From Nageia nagi (taxonomy: Eukaryota; Plantae; Pinophyta), in assembly GCA_050084985.1 (NCBI GenBank), contig JBITNC010000001.1, positions 86,490,001 to 86,554,000 on the forward strand: a stretch of 64,000 nucleotides of DNA, in the 5' to 3' direction. The position numbers and the translations under genes were made by a program. Positions 42,612 through 56,345 of the stretch are shown piece after piece. The first letter of the stretch is position 1. Each line of letters starts with the position of its first letter. The notes under the pieces were generated by a model. That model made no database searches. It was given only the letters and a program-made list of their open reading frames with translations, and was not told the DNA's origin.

Positions 42612-43182
42612 TCCTCACTTTATATCCTTGTATATTGTATCATTATACTTGTGTTCAAATGTATCATTCTTTGATATCTTTGTTATGATCTCTTCGTCCC
42701 TTATGGCATACAAACTACATCTTCAATGACATTTTAGCTTCTGCTATTGATCGAATCTCCCTCATGCAAATTTATAGCTCTTTGATTCTAGTTTCTTTAG
42801 AAGTGTTTCAACTCTTCATTTGCAAATATTCATTAGTAATGGTTTCTCTTTTAGGGGGAAGTTTTTCCCATAGGGTTTTCTCCTTTTCTCTATTTTGTGT
42901 GAGATTTTGTATTTTTCATGGGTACCTCATCAAGCCATGTTTCTAAGATTCATATTGTACTAGCATATTTTTGTTTCTACTATCTCCTAGTCTCGCTTAA
43001 AGGGGGTGTTGGAGTTAATTAAGCTTGCTAGGTTAAGGTATCTAACTTTAGTGTTACTAGGTTAGTTGAAAACACATAGTTTTTCATTCTTATCATAGTT
43101 TGTTATGTTTTAATAGTTAATATCATTTCATATATCAACCCATCCTATGGTTGTAATTGTTCATCCTTGGCCATTTAACCAA

Positions 43183-46142
43183 GGTATTCCAAAGTGAACC
43201 CACATAAGAGAAAAACATAAGCCTACTATAATATTTCCAACTATAGTCTTCTTACATGGAATTAAAACATATATCTTGCTAAATCTATCAATAGAAACAA
43301 ATAAGTAATCATTTTCCCTTTTTTCATAGGTAAACCACCCATAAATTTGATGGATATCCTCTCGCAAGGCCTACTAGGAACTATTAATGGTTGATATAAC
43401 CCCAACTTTCTATTACTATGATTTCTTATCTAATATAAAACATACCCTTAATGTATTTTGCAATTTGTTCTTACATATTGGGCTAGTACACATACCTTTT
43501 CAAGTTTTCCATAGTATTAACCACTCCAAAAGGTCTAAAAATATGAGATGTATGTGCTTCTCTAATGAGTTGCACTCTTTCTCTTATGGCACACACAAAG
43601 CATTTTCTTTGTATATTAATCCCTCTTTCACAAAATACTTAGTCTTAATATCATACATACTATTCTAAATCAACTTTAAATAAATATCCTTGAATTCAAT
43701 ATCATTAAGGTACTACTCTTTGTATGATTCTTGCACAAAAGGAAAAAGTTTAAGAATAGAACCTAGACCTAAAATAGTAGTTTGTATTGGTGGCATAGAT
43801 AACATGTCTATAATTGTTTTTTTACTTCCCTTTTTGTACTTAATAATGAGGTGGTACTATTGCAAGAAATCCACCCACCTTAAATATTTTGCATGTTGTA
43901 ATTTGGACTAAGTTTGTAGGTATTGCAATGGTTTATGGTTAGTATGAATGATGGTGTCCTTACTAACTAGAAAGTGTTTCCATTTTTAAATAGCTTGGAC
44001 AAGAGAAAATAACTCTTTTCCATAGATCAAATAGTTTAACACTACTCCACAAAGCTTTTCTAAATGATAAAATACACATTTCCTTCCTTCCATAAACACT
44101 ACTTCAATTTCATATTCACTAATATCTAATTATATTTCAAATGGGTTTTTCAAATTAGGTAATGCTAGAACAAGTGCACTGATAATTTTCTCCTTTAAGG
44201 TGTCAAAATCACTCTATTGTTTCCTTTCCCATTTAAAACTAGACCTTTTTCTAGTTATGTCATATAATGGGGAGGATATACTCAAAAATTCTTAATGAGT
44301 TTTATGAGATATTAAGTTGCCCTGAAGAAGCTCCTTCTCTTAGTGACATTTATAGGCCTAGGCCAATCAATAATGGCCTTCACCTTCTCAAGATCAATTC
44401 TTAGCTATTCATCACCAATAATCTGAGCAAGTTACACCAAAGGTTTCTTTCCAAACTCACATTTTCTCATCTTTAATAAAAACTCATTATATTTTAAAGT
44501 TTATAGCACTTGTTTTAGATGCACCACACATTCTTCCCAATTTCTACTAAAAATGAGAATATCATCCAAGTAAATAACAATATATTTATGAATAAAGGAT
44601 ATAAATCCTTATTCATTACTCTCATGAAAGTAGATGGTGTATTAAATAGTCCAAAAGCTAGTATAAGCCATTCAAACAATTCCTCCCTAGTTTTGAATGG
44701 AATCTTCCACATGTCTTCCTCCTTTATATACACTTGGTGACAACCACTTCTTAATTCCAACTTGGTAAAAAAATTTCCTTCTCTCAACTAATCCAAGAGA
44801 TCATCAATAATTGGTAATTACTATCTATTTTTTAGCATGATCTTATTCAGTACCTAGTATTCAATGCACATCCTCCATGATCCATCCTTCTTTGGCACAA
44901 GGATTACTAGTGAACCACAAGGTGAAATGTTTAGCCTAATCACTTCTTGTTCTATTAGTTCACAAGTTTTCCTCCTCACCTCCTCATTCTTAATATTAGA
45001 CTATTTATACAATCCAATATTTGTAAGACCTGTATCAGCCATTAATTGGATCTCATGTTAGATTTCTCTCTTTGGTGGGATTCCTTTTGGTTCCAAAAAT
45101 AATTCACTATACTCCTTTAGCAATATCTAAACCTATTGATATTTCTTGCTCAATATGTATGATGCCCCCATCATTGATAAGATCCCTCCAACCTCCTTTG
45201 GTTGGATCATAGAAATCATGCATTTCTTTCCTACACTAATAAGTCTTTTATCTTGGCTTGCTATCACTAACTCTGATTTGTTTCTACTTTTATGAACATT
45301 GATGTGATACTAAACATCATTCTTTACAAGTCTATACTAGTTTAAGTTTTTGAAATAAATGTCATCTCTATCCCATAAATATGGGTTCCTAAAAATCATA
45401 CCATATATATCAAGAGGTATCATGTTAACCACAACTTGATCAATGAAGTTCTTTGCTATTGTAAACACCAATCTACATCATCTAGTCACTTGCATTTGGG
45501 TTCCATGATTCAGCCAACCCAAAGTATAGGGATGAGGATAAGGAATAGTCTCCAAATTCAGCCTATTAACCCAAGTTTAGGCAAAAAGATTGGCCTAAGA
45601 ACTAGGATCAAAGATAGCATCAATTCTCGTATGCTTTACTTGTATCTTGAGATGAAATAATTATGTTTTTTGTTGTTATTTAGTTGCACCATCTTATTTT
45701 TGCATAGTGGCATAATTTATGTCATTATAAAATAAGAACTATATTCTATTGTTTGTCCCTTTTTCATCATAGCAACCTTATTTCTCTTTTTATTATCCTT
45801 TTTGGTTATCTATAATTATGGTTTCTTCTTATCTAGATAAAGTTCCTAACAACCTTCTTTATCATGCCCATCCTTATCATGGTAAGAATAATGTTTGCTA
45901 CATTTTGTGGTAGTATTGGTGTTCTTCTCTTTCTTGACTCCTTATCTTTTGTCTTAAGACTTTCCTTTCTCTTGTTGTCCACTTTATGATTCACCCTTGG
46001 AGTTTTCATATTATCTTATAGCTTTTCCATCCTCTTCAAGATATTTTACTTGCACACAACTTTTATCAAATCAATGGGATCAAACAACATGATTGTCTTT
46101 TACAAATGAGAATGAAAACCCACAATATACTTCATCAACACA
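43183..46142 (-). mobile_element. Decayed CRM-like chromovirus gag (C-terminal)-PR-RT-RH-INT, truncated within integrase
   Basis: Gag VLMKYIVGFHSHL*KTIMLFDP...DKSCVQVKYLE; RT ELRSGCHQVYIKEEDMWKIPFKTREELFEWLILAFGLFNTPSTFMRVMN (ORF 44515-44787); INT DYLFVSIDRFSKIYVLIPCKKTI...WVHFGIP (ORF 43161-43367). Confidence 0.9.
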
Positions 46143-47849
46143 TAAAAATAGCATCAAACATGTATTTGACATAATTGTTTCATGTTTTGATGCTATTGAT
46201 GATGCTATTTCTAAGACTAATAGAATAAAAAAATAGCATCCAAAAATACTAAAAATAAAAAATCTAGGATCACACATGGATCATGCATATAGATCATGAT
46301 CTAACCATTGATTAGGTTATTTAATCAATGATTTAGATTATTTAGGTTGAAGCATGCAATGCATATTTTTCTTACTACAAATACACATAACTCTTTATCC
46401 TCCTCAACTCTTATAGTCCTACATCACCAATAATGCTCTTTTAGAGGGAAAGATCCTTCATTAACTCATGCATAAGTATATACAAGATAGACTTATCCAT
46501 ATGTATTTCAAATTCATAAGTTTGGGAGACACTTATGAAGTATTCCAATGTATGATTCAATAAGATATCTTCTTATGGAATATGATAATTTTAGGCTACC
46601 AAATACATGGATTTTCTTGATAGGAATGGGTACAATTTCACTAAATATAAAAAATAATAATAGTATTCCAACCAAATCAATTCACCTTTCCTATTTTCCT
46701 CAATTCACGCACCAAATTGGGAATTTTGGAACAAGGTTTATACATAAATTGAAGACTATAAAATTGGATTTTCTTTCACCATATGCAACAAATAGCAATA
46801 CTAGTCCAATGAAATTAATTCACCTTTCCAAAAATCCTCAAAGCATGTAATAATATAGGAGATTTTCAATAGGGTTTATACATATAAATACTTTTTAAAA
46901 TCAGATTTCATGTACTACAATAATCATAGGATATGCACAAAATAATTAAATATAATTTTTTCCCAAAATTCTATGTACTTACACAATACCTAATGGAAGT
47001 AATGCTATAATTAATGTAAAATATATTTTTTAAGATGCCCATTGTCACAAAATATGACATTATATATATATTGCAATATGATGTCAACTATGATGCTATA
47101 TCATATTTTTGATGATGCTAATCTTTGCCTGTACCTTAGCATCATCTTTAGCAATAATATTTTTGAATTTTTTTTAAATACACTGGGCTCTAATGCCTTG
47201 ATGGTAAACCTAATTTATGTTGTAATAAAATTAAAGTGTGATTCCCTAAAATAAGAAAATCAAATGATGATTCCTATAGATTAATGAAAATGAATTAAAT
47301 TAATAATTTACCTTATAGCTATCAATTTTCAAAAGAATAATATTACATAGTCCAAATGATATTATTAAAGCTCTGTGAACTAGGTAAAATCCCAATTGAT
47401 GAATGACACCTAGATATAATACCTCTAGCACCTTAATGAACTAATATTTGAATTTGATTTCCTAAATATACCAAAAGTATAATACCCATAAATGTTTAAA
47501 GAATAAACATTGATGTTTTTAATATTGAATAATAATAAAATGAAGGATAAATCAATAATGCATAGGAGTATAATATCCTTTCAAATAGGTTGTATCGAGA
47601 GATAGCATGAGAAATGGTAGTATTGGGGATATGATCTCACAATCAAATTATCTAGATTGGGTTAGGGTTTGATAGTAAATATAATTCTTCTATCTCCTTT
47701 TATACCTTGTAAAATAGGAAAAGAGGGATGTCAGCCAACATTATAAGGATAATGATAATCTTAAAATAATTAAAGAATATAATCATGATTAATGATAATT
47801 AGAATTGATTAATATATGATTAGCATACTAGTATTGATATTTTCATAAT

Positions 47850-48125
47850 TCAAATAATATTTTTCTTAAAGGCACTATATATGATTTTATAATAAATAAA
47901 AAATCATTTTTAGGTATCTACAATTTACCCTCTTTGTATAAGTAATGATGGGAATTAGAGTTACATATCCAAAGAAGAATTATGAAATAAATAAAAATGT
48001 ATGATAAAAAATTGAATATACTTCCCTAAAATAGTTTTTAAATATAAGGTATTATATTATTTTGATGCCCTTTTTATGCCCCCCTCCCCTTGCCTTTTTT
48101 TTTTTATCTTGGTTTCCCTAGGAAT
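47850..48125 (-). mobile_element. Tat-type PPT/LTR junction (LTR starts at 47922 on minus); same family as 63216
   Basis: aaatcatttttaggtatctaCA plus atttaccctctttg; collinear with 63190-63385. Confidence 0.7.
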
Positions 48126-48160
48126 TTGAAACAAAGTAGGAACTAAGGAAAAAATCTTCT

Positions 48161-50488
48161 TGATGAAAAATTTTCTAGGGATTTAAAGTTATCTATCCAA
48201 ATGGATTATTTATGGTGGAACTTTCAATATTCCAAAAATACCAAAAAGGGTGTTTTAAAAGTATAACCATCTTTTCATAGAGGTTCATTAATGACTTTTT
48301 CCAAGTGTGATTGGTCTTTAATTATGGAACCTCCATGAATATGAGTCTTTTATGATGTCCCAAAAGAATTAAAAGGATTTAAATGGTCATCATGGGATTA
48401 CCATGACTTGCTTCAATTGGAAACATCCATTCTAAGATTATTGATCTTATATTTGCTAGAATGAATAGATCAAATAGGATTACTAAGATCCTATTTATTG
48501 GGTGTATTATTCAAAATAAGATGAATACCATATTATTTTCTAGAATGACTTATTTGGTTATTCTTTGATTTGGAGATCTTGCATTAAGTGTTGATTTGGC
48601 CAAAGGTTTTCACTTAGGTGCTTGATCCATTGCTTAAATTGAAATATGGTATTATGAAGGTTTTGATTTTGTAATCACTCCATATTTGATTAAATTATTT
48701 TAGGATAACATCTATATAATTAGGATTTGGAACACACTTACCTTTGGGTGATGTTTGAAGATTTTCCATTGCATCTTATGAATTTTCTATATCATGGAAC
48801 TTATCAGAAATAAATTAGTCATTTTAGGAAGGTATAAATTTTGATATATATGTCTAATTGAGTTAATTCATTTTTGTTATATAGTGTTAAAAGAGATCTT
48901 TCCAACAAGTATTTTCATGCCTACCTTTGTCAAGTATTTGATCTCCATCAAGGTGATTTCCATAAAAGTGTCAAAAATATGAATGCTAATGCTAACACTA
49001 ATGCCAATGCTCATGCCAACACCTATTTGAGTGTTTCTAAAGAGTTATGATCTAATATTATGAATTTTACCTCTTTGGCATGTTAGTATGATGATGTTTT
49101 ATATGGGTACCAAAATAATGTATAGGAATACCAACATGAATAGACTCAACTATTCACCTGATGGTTCATGTGGTACCTAACCTAATATCTAACCTTTCAC
49201 CTTCTTATACACCTCACATGCTAGTGTTAATGTTGATTCTATCACCTATGATAGAAAAATATATCATTAAAGGATGGAAGGTAAAGTGTTTTGAGTTATT
49301 TTGAGATGTTTGGAAGTTATAGTGAAGTTGGAAAGCCATGTGGTTGCTCTAGGGATGTCAGTTCTAACTATATATCCTAGTGGAGACTTGAGAGGAGGAA
49401 GAAGAAGGTAGAGAAAAGAATAAGAAAGCTAGAGAATGAATCAAATATTATTACAATCTATTCATTACTATTATAGTTTGTTTTCATACTGAGGGATTTA
49501 ATTTTGTATTGAGGACACTTTGAGGGATTATAAATCCTATTGTAAATTTGTTACATAATAGAATGATGGGCTTGATGGTGGCTATTATATGGGATGTACT
49601 CTCACACTAAGAGGAATATTTTTAAAACACTTGTATCAATTTTTTGAATGCTTGAATGTTATTTTCATACTTGTTTCTTATAGGCATTAGATTCTAGTTT
49701 TCATTCCAAATTTTGTGATTCTAAAATTTGTATGTACTATTTCCTTTAAATATATTTAAATAAATTACAGATCAAGTGGTATTAGAGCTGATTACAAAAT
49801 TTGGAGCTTGTGAATGCAAGAGATAAGGATTCAAAATCTAAATTTATTTCTTGAAGACACTAAGATTGGAAGAAGGAGAAGGAGGATTGAATCCATGGAA
49901 GATGTGCATGAAGAAGAACCTCAAGCCATCAAACATAATGATGAATTCTAAAGGAGATTTATTGCAATGGATACCTACATGAAGAGATTGGTTGAGATGA
50001 TATCAAACAAGTCACCTAAAATATAAAGAAGACAAGATAGTGGCCCATCTTCAACACCACCACCACCTGATACATAATTACTTTTCTAAATTAAGGCTAA
50101 AGTAGAGATTTCATTATTTGGAGGAGAGTTTGATGTTGATAAGTTGAATAATTGGCTAAGGAAACTATAAGTTTATTTCCAAGTGTAAGGCATTGTGGAG
50201 GAATCTACAAAACTCTCATTTACAAGGTTGAAACTAAGTGGACATGCTTTGATATGGTGGGAATATCATTATGACTCACTCAAACATGAGAACCTACCAC
50301 CTATTTTATCTTGGTAAGATTTCAAGAAATTTTTGAAGGAAAAATTCTATCCCTTGGGGTACAATAAGAAGCATAACTATATAAATGGTAATTTATAAGA
50401 CAATAAAAAGGGAAATCTATTCAAGAATACACTACTAAATTTAGAAGATAAACCATTGTGTTAGGGATTTATTTAAAATATCCAAGTG
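48161..50488 (+). mobile_element. CRM-like 5' LTR (to 49774), Met PBS (49777-49788) and N-terminal gag
   Basis: LTR ends ...cagATCA, then ag-tggtattagagc; gag KVEISLFGGEFDVDKLNNWLRKL*VYF...HALIWWE...SIQEYTTKFRR*TIVLGIYLKYPS. The TGATG start at 48161 is tentative. Confidence 0.8.
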
Positions 50489-51408
50489 ATGTTAATGATG
50501 TTAGGATATTTTTCTTAACTAGTTTGATGCCTGCGTTGATGCTCAATGGGATTTGTGTTGTAGTGTTTCTTAATCTATACTATTTGTTTAGGTATATACA
50601 TTTCTTACATTCCAGAACTAGTTTCATTTTAGTTTTTAATTTACTAATTCACACATAATTAAACAAAAATGATAATTTGGTTTCACTCTTTCATAGATAT
50701 AATTTTATATATAATAGTTGATTACCTAGGATTATAAAAATACTTTAAGAGTTGAATACCGAAGGGATGTTCCATGCACTACTCACAATGCTATATAAAT
50801 TATAAGTATGAAACTACCACTATTAACTAATCCCATTATGAGTAAATAAAAAGGTTATTAGCATGATGTAGGAAATATAAAATATTTCCCTTACATTATC
50901 TCAATAATAAATAGGGTTATTTTAGGGTACACTTTGCTAGAACCACCTTTAGAGTGCTTACATCTAAGAGACTAATACCCTTCTTTTAGTCAGTATAGAA
51001 AAAAAAATTCATTATCAATTTTTGTTTTATTTTATAGATTAAGATAATTTTTATTTAACTAAATTTTAAACATAATATAAAAATTAATAAAATTCATCAA
51101 AATACCAAAACATATAGAAAATACATATCACACATGTTGTACCTCAATCTCCTTATGATCTTAACTAGAATTCAAGGTTGAGATAAATAAATCGATATAG
51201 AAGCTTATTCAATTAATTATTGGATGAACCCTTTACCTTATGAGGCCCCTAAATATATTACACAATATGAGGTACCTTCTACCAAATCATTTATTTTATC
51301 CCATGCCTTCTAATATGCAAACCAAGCATGATATCCTATAATATTGATCTTGAGTATCATATTGTCCATGTACCCCCTTTCATGATTAGAGCCCTAGTGA
51401 AGGAAATA

Positions 51409-51508
51409 NNNNNNNNNNNNNNNNNNNNNNNNNNNNNNNNNNNNNNNNNNNNNNNNNNNNNNNNNNNNNNNNNNNNNNNNNNNNNNNNNNNNNNNNNNNN
51501 NNNNNNNN
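51409..51508. other. Assembly gap (100 N)
   Basis: Run of N. Confidence 1.
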
Positions 51509-53144
51509 ATATCTATGGTTATCTTTTGGATGAAAATACATTATTTGAGGTAGATCTCAATGTTAGGATCTATCATATAAAAATATAGTTTGAAAAAATT
51601 AATCTATAGTAATAGTAGAAGAAATTTTATAAAAAAAATCACATAAATAAGAGAATACAAAGATGTAACATCATTCATCCAAAGTGGGCTATTTCCATGG
51701 AGAATATTTAGACCCTTGAATTATTCAATCAAATACACCAAAGGAAAACAACCAATAACAAAATCATTATACCTTACTCCTTAGTATTATAAATAATTTT
51801 TGCTTACAATAGTCTCTCTCAATAAGGATTCACTCTCCTCTATTAATTCCTCACAACTACATAAATCTTATTCTCATCACCATGTGAAATCTATAATGAA
51901 TTTTACACACATACACACATATAGATTCAATATTTTTATTTTTTTACTCCTTTCTTGAGTAATTTTACAACAATAGAATTTGTTACCCAATGCAACCTCT
52001 AGTTCATGAGCTTAAAATAGCTGAATACCAAGTTTCATATCTAAAAATAGAATGCTTATATCTTTGGTTTACTATCAACCATGTTCAAATAAATTGGGTT
52101 ATTGGATCAGTCACCACTAGGTTGAATACCATTGATGGTTGTGTTAATCAGTATGATTGATCTCATACCCATTGATTAATCTTGATAATCAATCTTATAC
52201 ATATCAATAATGAAACAAAGATATATTTTCTCATTCTTAGCCAAATAATCAAGCTCCATACCCAACAATCTCCCACTTGGAGATTTATTCATCGCAACAT
52301 CTTGCAATACTAGATTGAAGTATTCTTATCTTGATCTTATTCCTTAATATCAACTAAATTAGAAAAACTCTCAATTTATCCCTTATCACAACCTTTCCCA
52401 ATATTCCCCTTTTTCTAGATTATTCATGAACATGAACCTATTTACAAATTCCACTCCATGGGACATACCTTTATTCTATGAAAACCCTTTCATCAAAAGT
52501 CTCTCCTTGTATCATTTTTGGTATTCTTGTTTTACCTTCATCCTTTATACACACTTGTCATGCAAACCTTCATTATGTGTAGGTAACCTAAGTAAACCCC
52601 ATATTTGATTTTGTATTAAGGAGCCCCTCTCCTTATCCATGGAAAGCTCCAACTTGTTAGTTTCCTTTTATATAGGCTTTTCAAAATATTCTTGCTTGCC
52701 AACATTAGTATACCAAATATAATAAAGTGAGTGTGGAGAACAATTTACATTTTTACATCTTATAATATCACTTGGTGGTGTTTCTTGATCCTAATATTGA
52801 ATATACCCTTGCATCTTTGGTATATTATTCTGATACTTGTAAACATCCTTCCCAAACTTAAGAAATTTCATGTTCTTTTTATTTTCATAAAATCCCAATT
52901 TACTTTGTTTCATATACCTATAATGCCTCATAATTGCATTCTCGCATGTGGAAGATATTCCATTGTGCAATTAGATGTATTAGTAAGTAAATATAGTGTA
53001 CCAACCATATCACCTCTTGCAACAACCATGGAACCCTTATTCATCTTCCATGTATGATTACCAAATACAACTATTTAACCCTCACCATCAATCTTCTCAA
53101 AATGGGGTTTCTTTTCAAATTAGGTATGCACCTTACTTCCTTAC
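51509..53144 (-). mobile_element. Ty1/Copia remnant: PPT plus 3' LTR (starts at 52267 on minus) and decayed internal sequence
   Basis: Minus strand ccaagtgggagat-TGTTGGG at 52261-52280, an Angela-like PPT/LTR junction. Confidence 0.5.
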
Positions 53145-55116
53145 CACTACTAGGAAAAGACCAATTTATGTCTTAAAAAATAAAATTAAAAACTGATGCT
53201 ACTTTACATTTAAATATCATACACTATAATGACCTATAATCCAATTGAAAATTTTCTTAGATTTTTCTAATATATTTAATTTTCCCTATATCAAGTTTGT
53301 ATCTCTTGAACTTGTATAAATTTGTTGGTCAAAATCATCCATCACTCCATAGTCAAATGTCATTCTTTTCTCATCATTCTTTTCAATTTTAAAGTATTAA
53401 TCATATGCTAACATTACAAGGAAAGAAAATGTTTACACATATTTATAGGAAAAATGTTATTAGTGCAATATATTTGTATTTTCTTCAAAATAAAGTCTTA
53501 TAAAAATATTAATAAAAATAATTACCTCAAACATGCATCCAATAGTGATATTTGATGCATTTTGATCATCTTCATCTATTTTATCTCCTACTACTTCTTG
53601 TTTCATTTGAATTTTATTCTTCATCTATGACCTTGGAAATTTTGTTGCTAATTTTCCTCTCTTAGATATTCAGGTAGACTAGATGTACCTCTTTGGTTTT
53701 ATCTATGAAATAAAAAATGTTCTTGTTCAATATCCCTTCTTTTATTTTGGTATAACTCAATCTATTTTTCACAACATGCATATTGCATCATAAAAAATCA
53801 ATTTATAGATTCATGAAGATCACAATATATAAATTCACAATGTTATAATACATACTTGTTAACTAGTAAGCATTGATAAAATTAAATCCAAAATGCATGT
53901 AGATAGTATAATTATATATAAATTACTAATATCTAAAATATAGTTAGTACCTTTAAGAAAATATGGTGTTCCACTTATTTCTTAGACCTCTCCTTCTAAT
54001 TTCTCACTATCTTTGTTTGCATTCCACATCTTTGGGGTAGAAGCATCAATTTGGGAAAGATACTCACTTGCATAAAAAAAATTATTGTAAAATGTATCCC
54101 TCACCCATAGATTATTGTAAAATCTATCTAGCACTCATAACACCTTCCATGTCAATATTGTCTGCTAGGTGGATCAATAGGTCCACTTGTATGTCCATAA
54201 AAGAAATAGGCAATTCTTTTTCTAATTTGTAGATAAATTCAACAATTTCTCTACACTATTGATCTATTCCAACCACATGTTACTCATTTGAAGATAACCA
54301 CTTTTTATAAAAATATAATATTGTCAAAATATAACATATCAAAATGCATAAAATATTATAAAAAAATAATAAATGCATAAAATATTATTTTTCATAGAGT
54401 GATATTATAACATGATATACCTTAGAAATAATGACAGTCGATCGATTGCATGTCTAAGATCAATAGGTAAACTCTTACATCCACAAATTGCAATTGAAAA
54501 AATATGTTGCATAAAGTATTTACATAAATGATATTAATGTATTTATTTTGATATAAAATCTATATTAATAATATGAGATCAATACCTTCAAGAAGTTGTG
54601 GTAATCATGAGTCTTGAATTCTGTGATTTTAACATCATTACTTAATGCAATTCTTGGAGATGATCCATAATTTATTGATGTTTTAATATTTTGAATAACT
54701 TTGTGTAATTCATAAGCAATGTGGTTATAGGTACTTCTTTCTTCCATACTAATAGTAAGTTATCCATAATGATCTTATTTTTTGGATATATTTTAATTCA
54801 TTTGTAATGGCATCAGTATCTAATTCTTTGCTTGTTGGATACCAATACAAATAAGATGGAATATTCTTTACAATTTACATAGTATCTATTAAATGTGTTA
54901 CTAAAATCTCCTTCCTATATTGTATTGTATAAAATATTGATAATTTATTCACACCTAAAACCAAGTAATTAATTAATTATTTAATTGGTAAACTTATGAA
55001 TTTGAAACTTTACAAAACTTCATATTTTTAAGTTAATGAATATATTACATATATATTGAACTGTCTAATATTTCACCTATGGGTAAGTAATTTTTTCCAA
55101 TAATAATCTCATCATC

Positions 55117-56345
55117 TTACCCTAAAGTAGTATCTTCATCATGGGCTCTTTTCCTAACTTTTTCCATACTTTGAAGGTACTTTATGAAACAATCCATAGG
55201 AGTTATGTAAATATGAATGGGGGTTTTATCTACTTGGCCATATGTTCCCTTTTTATGAAAAGTATGATCCATTAGAAAATAATTCCTATGGACAATATAT
55301 TCCATCTTATGCATCTAACTTGAATGTATTGATGGAATATTTTCTACACACCATGAATAAGCATGATAATGTTTTAATGAAGATATGTGATATGTTTTAT
55401 TAAAGAATGCATATAATTCATGTGATTCTAAAACATCAAATATGCATATGTAAAAACTATTACATATTCATACTTGCATAAATATAAATCTTTAGATAAT
55501 TATGTATAGTCCAACATAGTATGCCATTATATTTGAATGAACTATGATTGATAGGTCTATTTATATCATACATATGAATTACTTCCCACATCAACTTGTC
55601 AATTACTAGTTTAAGGTAGACATCCATGTGTTTAATTTGTTCCTTTACAAGGAATATAATAGCTAAAATTAAATGCTCTTTTATTATAGACATCAATCAA
55701 TGTATATTATAATTGATTATAATAATAGGCAAACATGAATAATTCGATATTTGGTTCAAAAATGGATTGACACCATTAGTTGCTAAACCAAATCTAACAC
55801 TCTTAGTTTCATATTTAAATTTCTTAGGCCATTTTTCCTCTATATGTTTCATTGATTTACTATCTACAAGTATACACAACACAAATTCCTCACTTCTATT
55901 TCTTACATGCCAGTCCATTAATTTTGTAAGTGATTTACATCGAAATATTCACACCAACTTGGGAATGAATGGCATATGGTGAACAACTTTTTGAGGAATT
56001 ATTTCCCTTTTTCATGGTATATTTCTCTTTACACTTTTGAAATTAATTCTTTGTATCATATTATTCTCCTTTATATAATATGCAATCATTAATACAATCA
56101 TGTTATGAAATATAGTCCACCCCTATATCCTTCAAAATATTATGTGTATTTTTGCATGAATCTAGGATGACATTATCACTTAGCAATAAATTTTCTTTTA
56201 ATAACCAATAATAATAATAAATAATAATTTATTTAGTTAATTTTATATAAATTAAAATATCATAAAATAAAAAAATTCATACCTCATAAGAGCAATGAAA
56301 CTTGTATCTTACCATACAAATTTGGCTTTTATATTCATCAAAGGT
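55117..56345 (-). pseudogene. CACTA Tnp2/TnpD transposase (Transposase_21 domain), frameshifted and truncated
   Basis: MDWH...VDSKSMKHIEEKWP.KFKYETKSVRFGLATNGVNPF...YSCLPIIIINYN; HMDVYLKLVIDKL.W...GILCWTIHNY; YIVHRNYFLMDHTF. Confidence 0.9.

Larger units (their letters stand above)
39074..43182 (+). mobile_element. Non-autonomous short-LTR retroelement: 5' LTR end at 39213, degenerate PBS, T-rich non-coding interior, PPT, truncated 3' LTR (43007-43182)
   Basis: ...tttcctttCA then tggtaccatatc (39214-39225); cttaaaggggg then TGTTGGAG at 43007; no recognisable pol. Confidence 0.65.

Noticed and set aside
39500-42990. Short ORFs (40588-40929, 41118-41312, 42764-42946) as host genes
   Set aside because: T-rich low-complexity interior of a non-autonomous LTR element, CpG-depleted, with no recognisable domains.
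38353-48160. TSD proving that the LTRs at 38358 and 48161 belong to one insertion
   Set aside because: The flanks (ttgtt on minus versus cttct) match only 3 of 5, the 5' LTR start is tentative, and a gap intervenes. Same family is supported; same element is not proven.
34601-53149. The two CACTA termini as ends of one element
   Set aside because: They face away from each other (TAGTG at 34601-34605, CACTA at 53145), differ internally, and share no 3-bp TSD.
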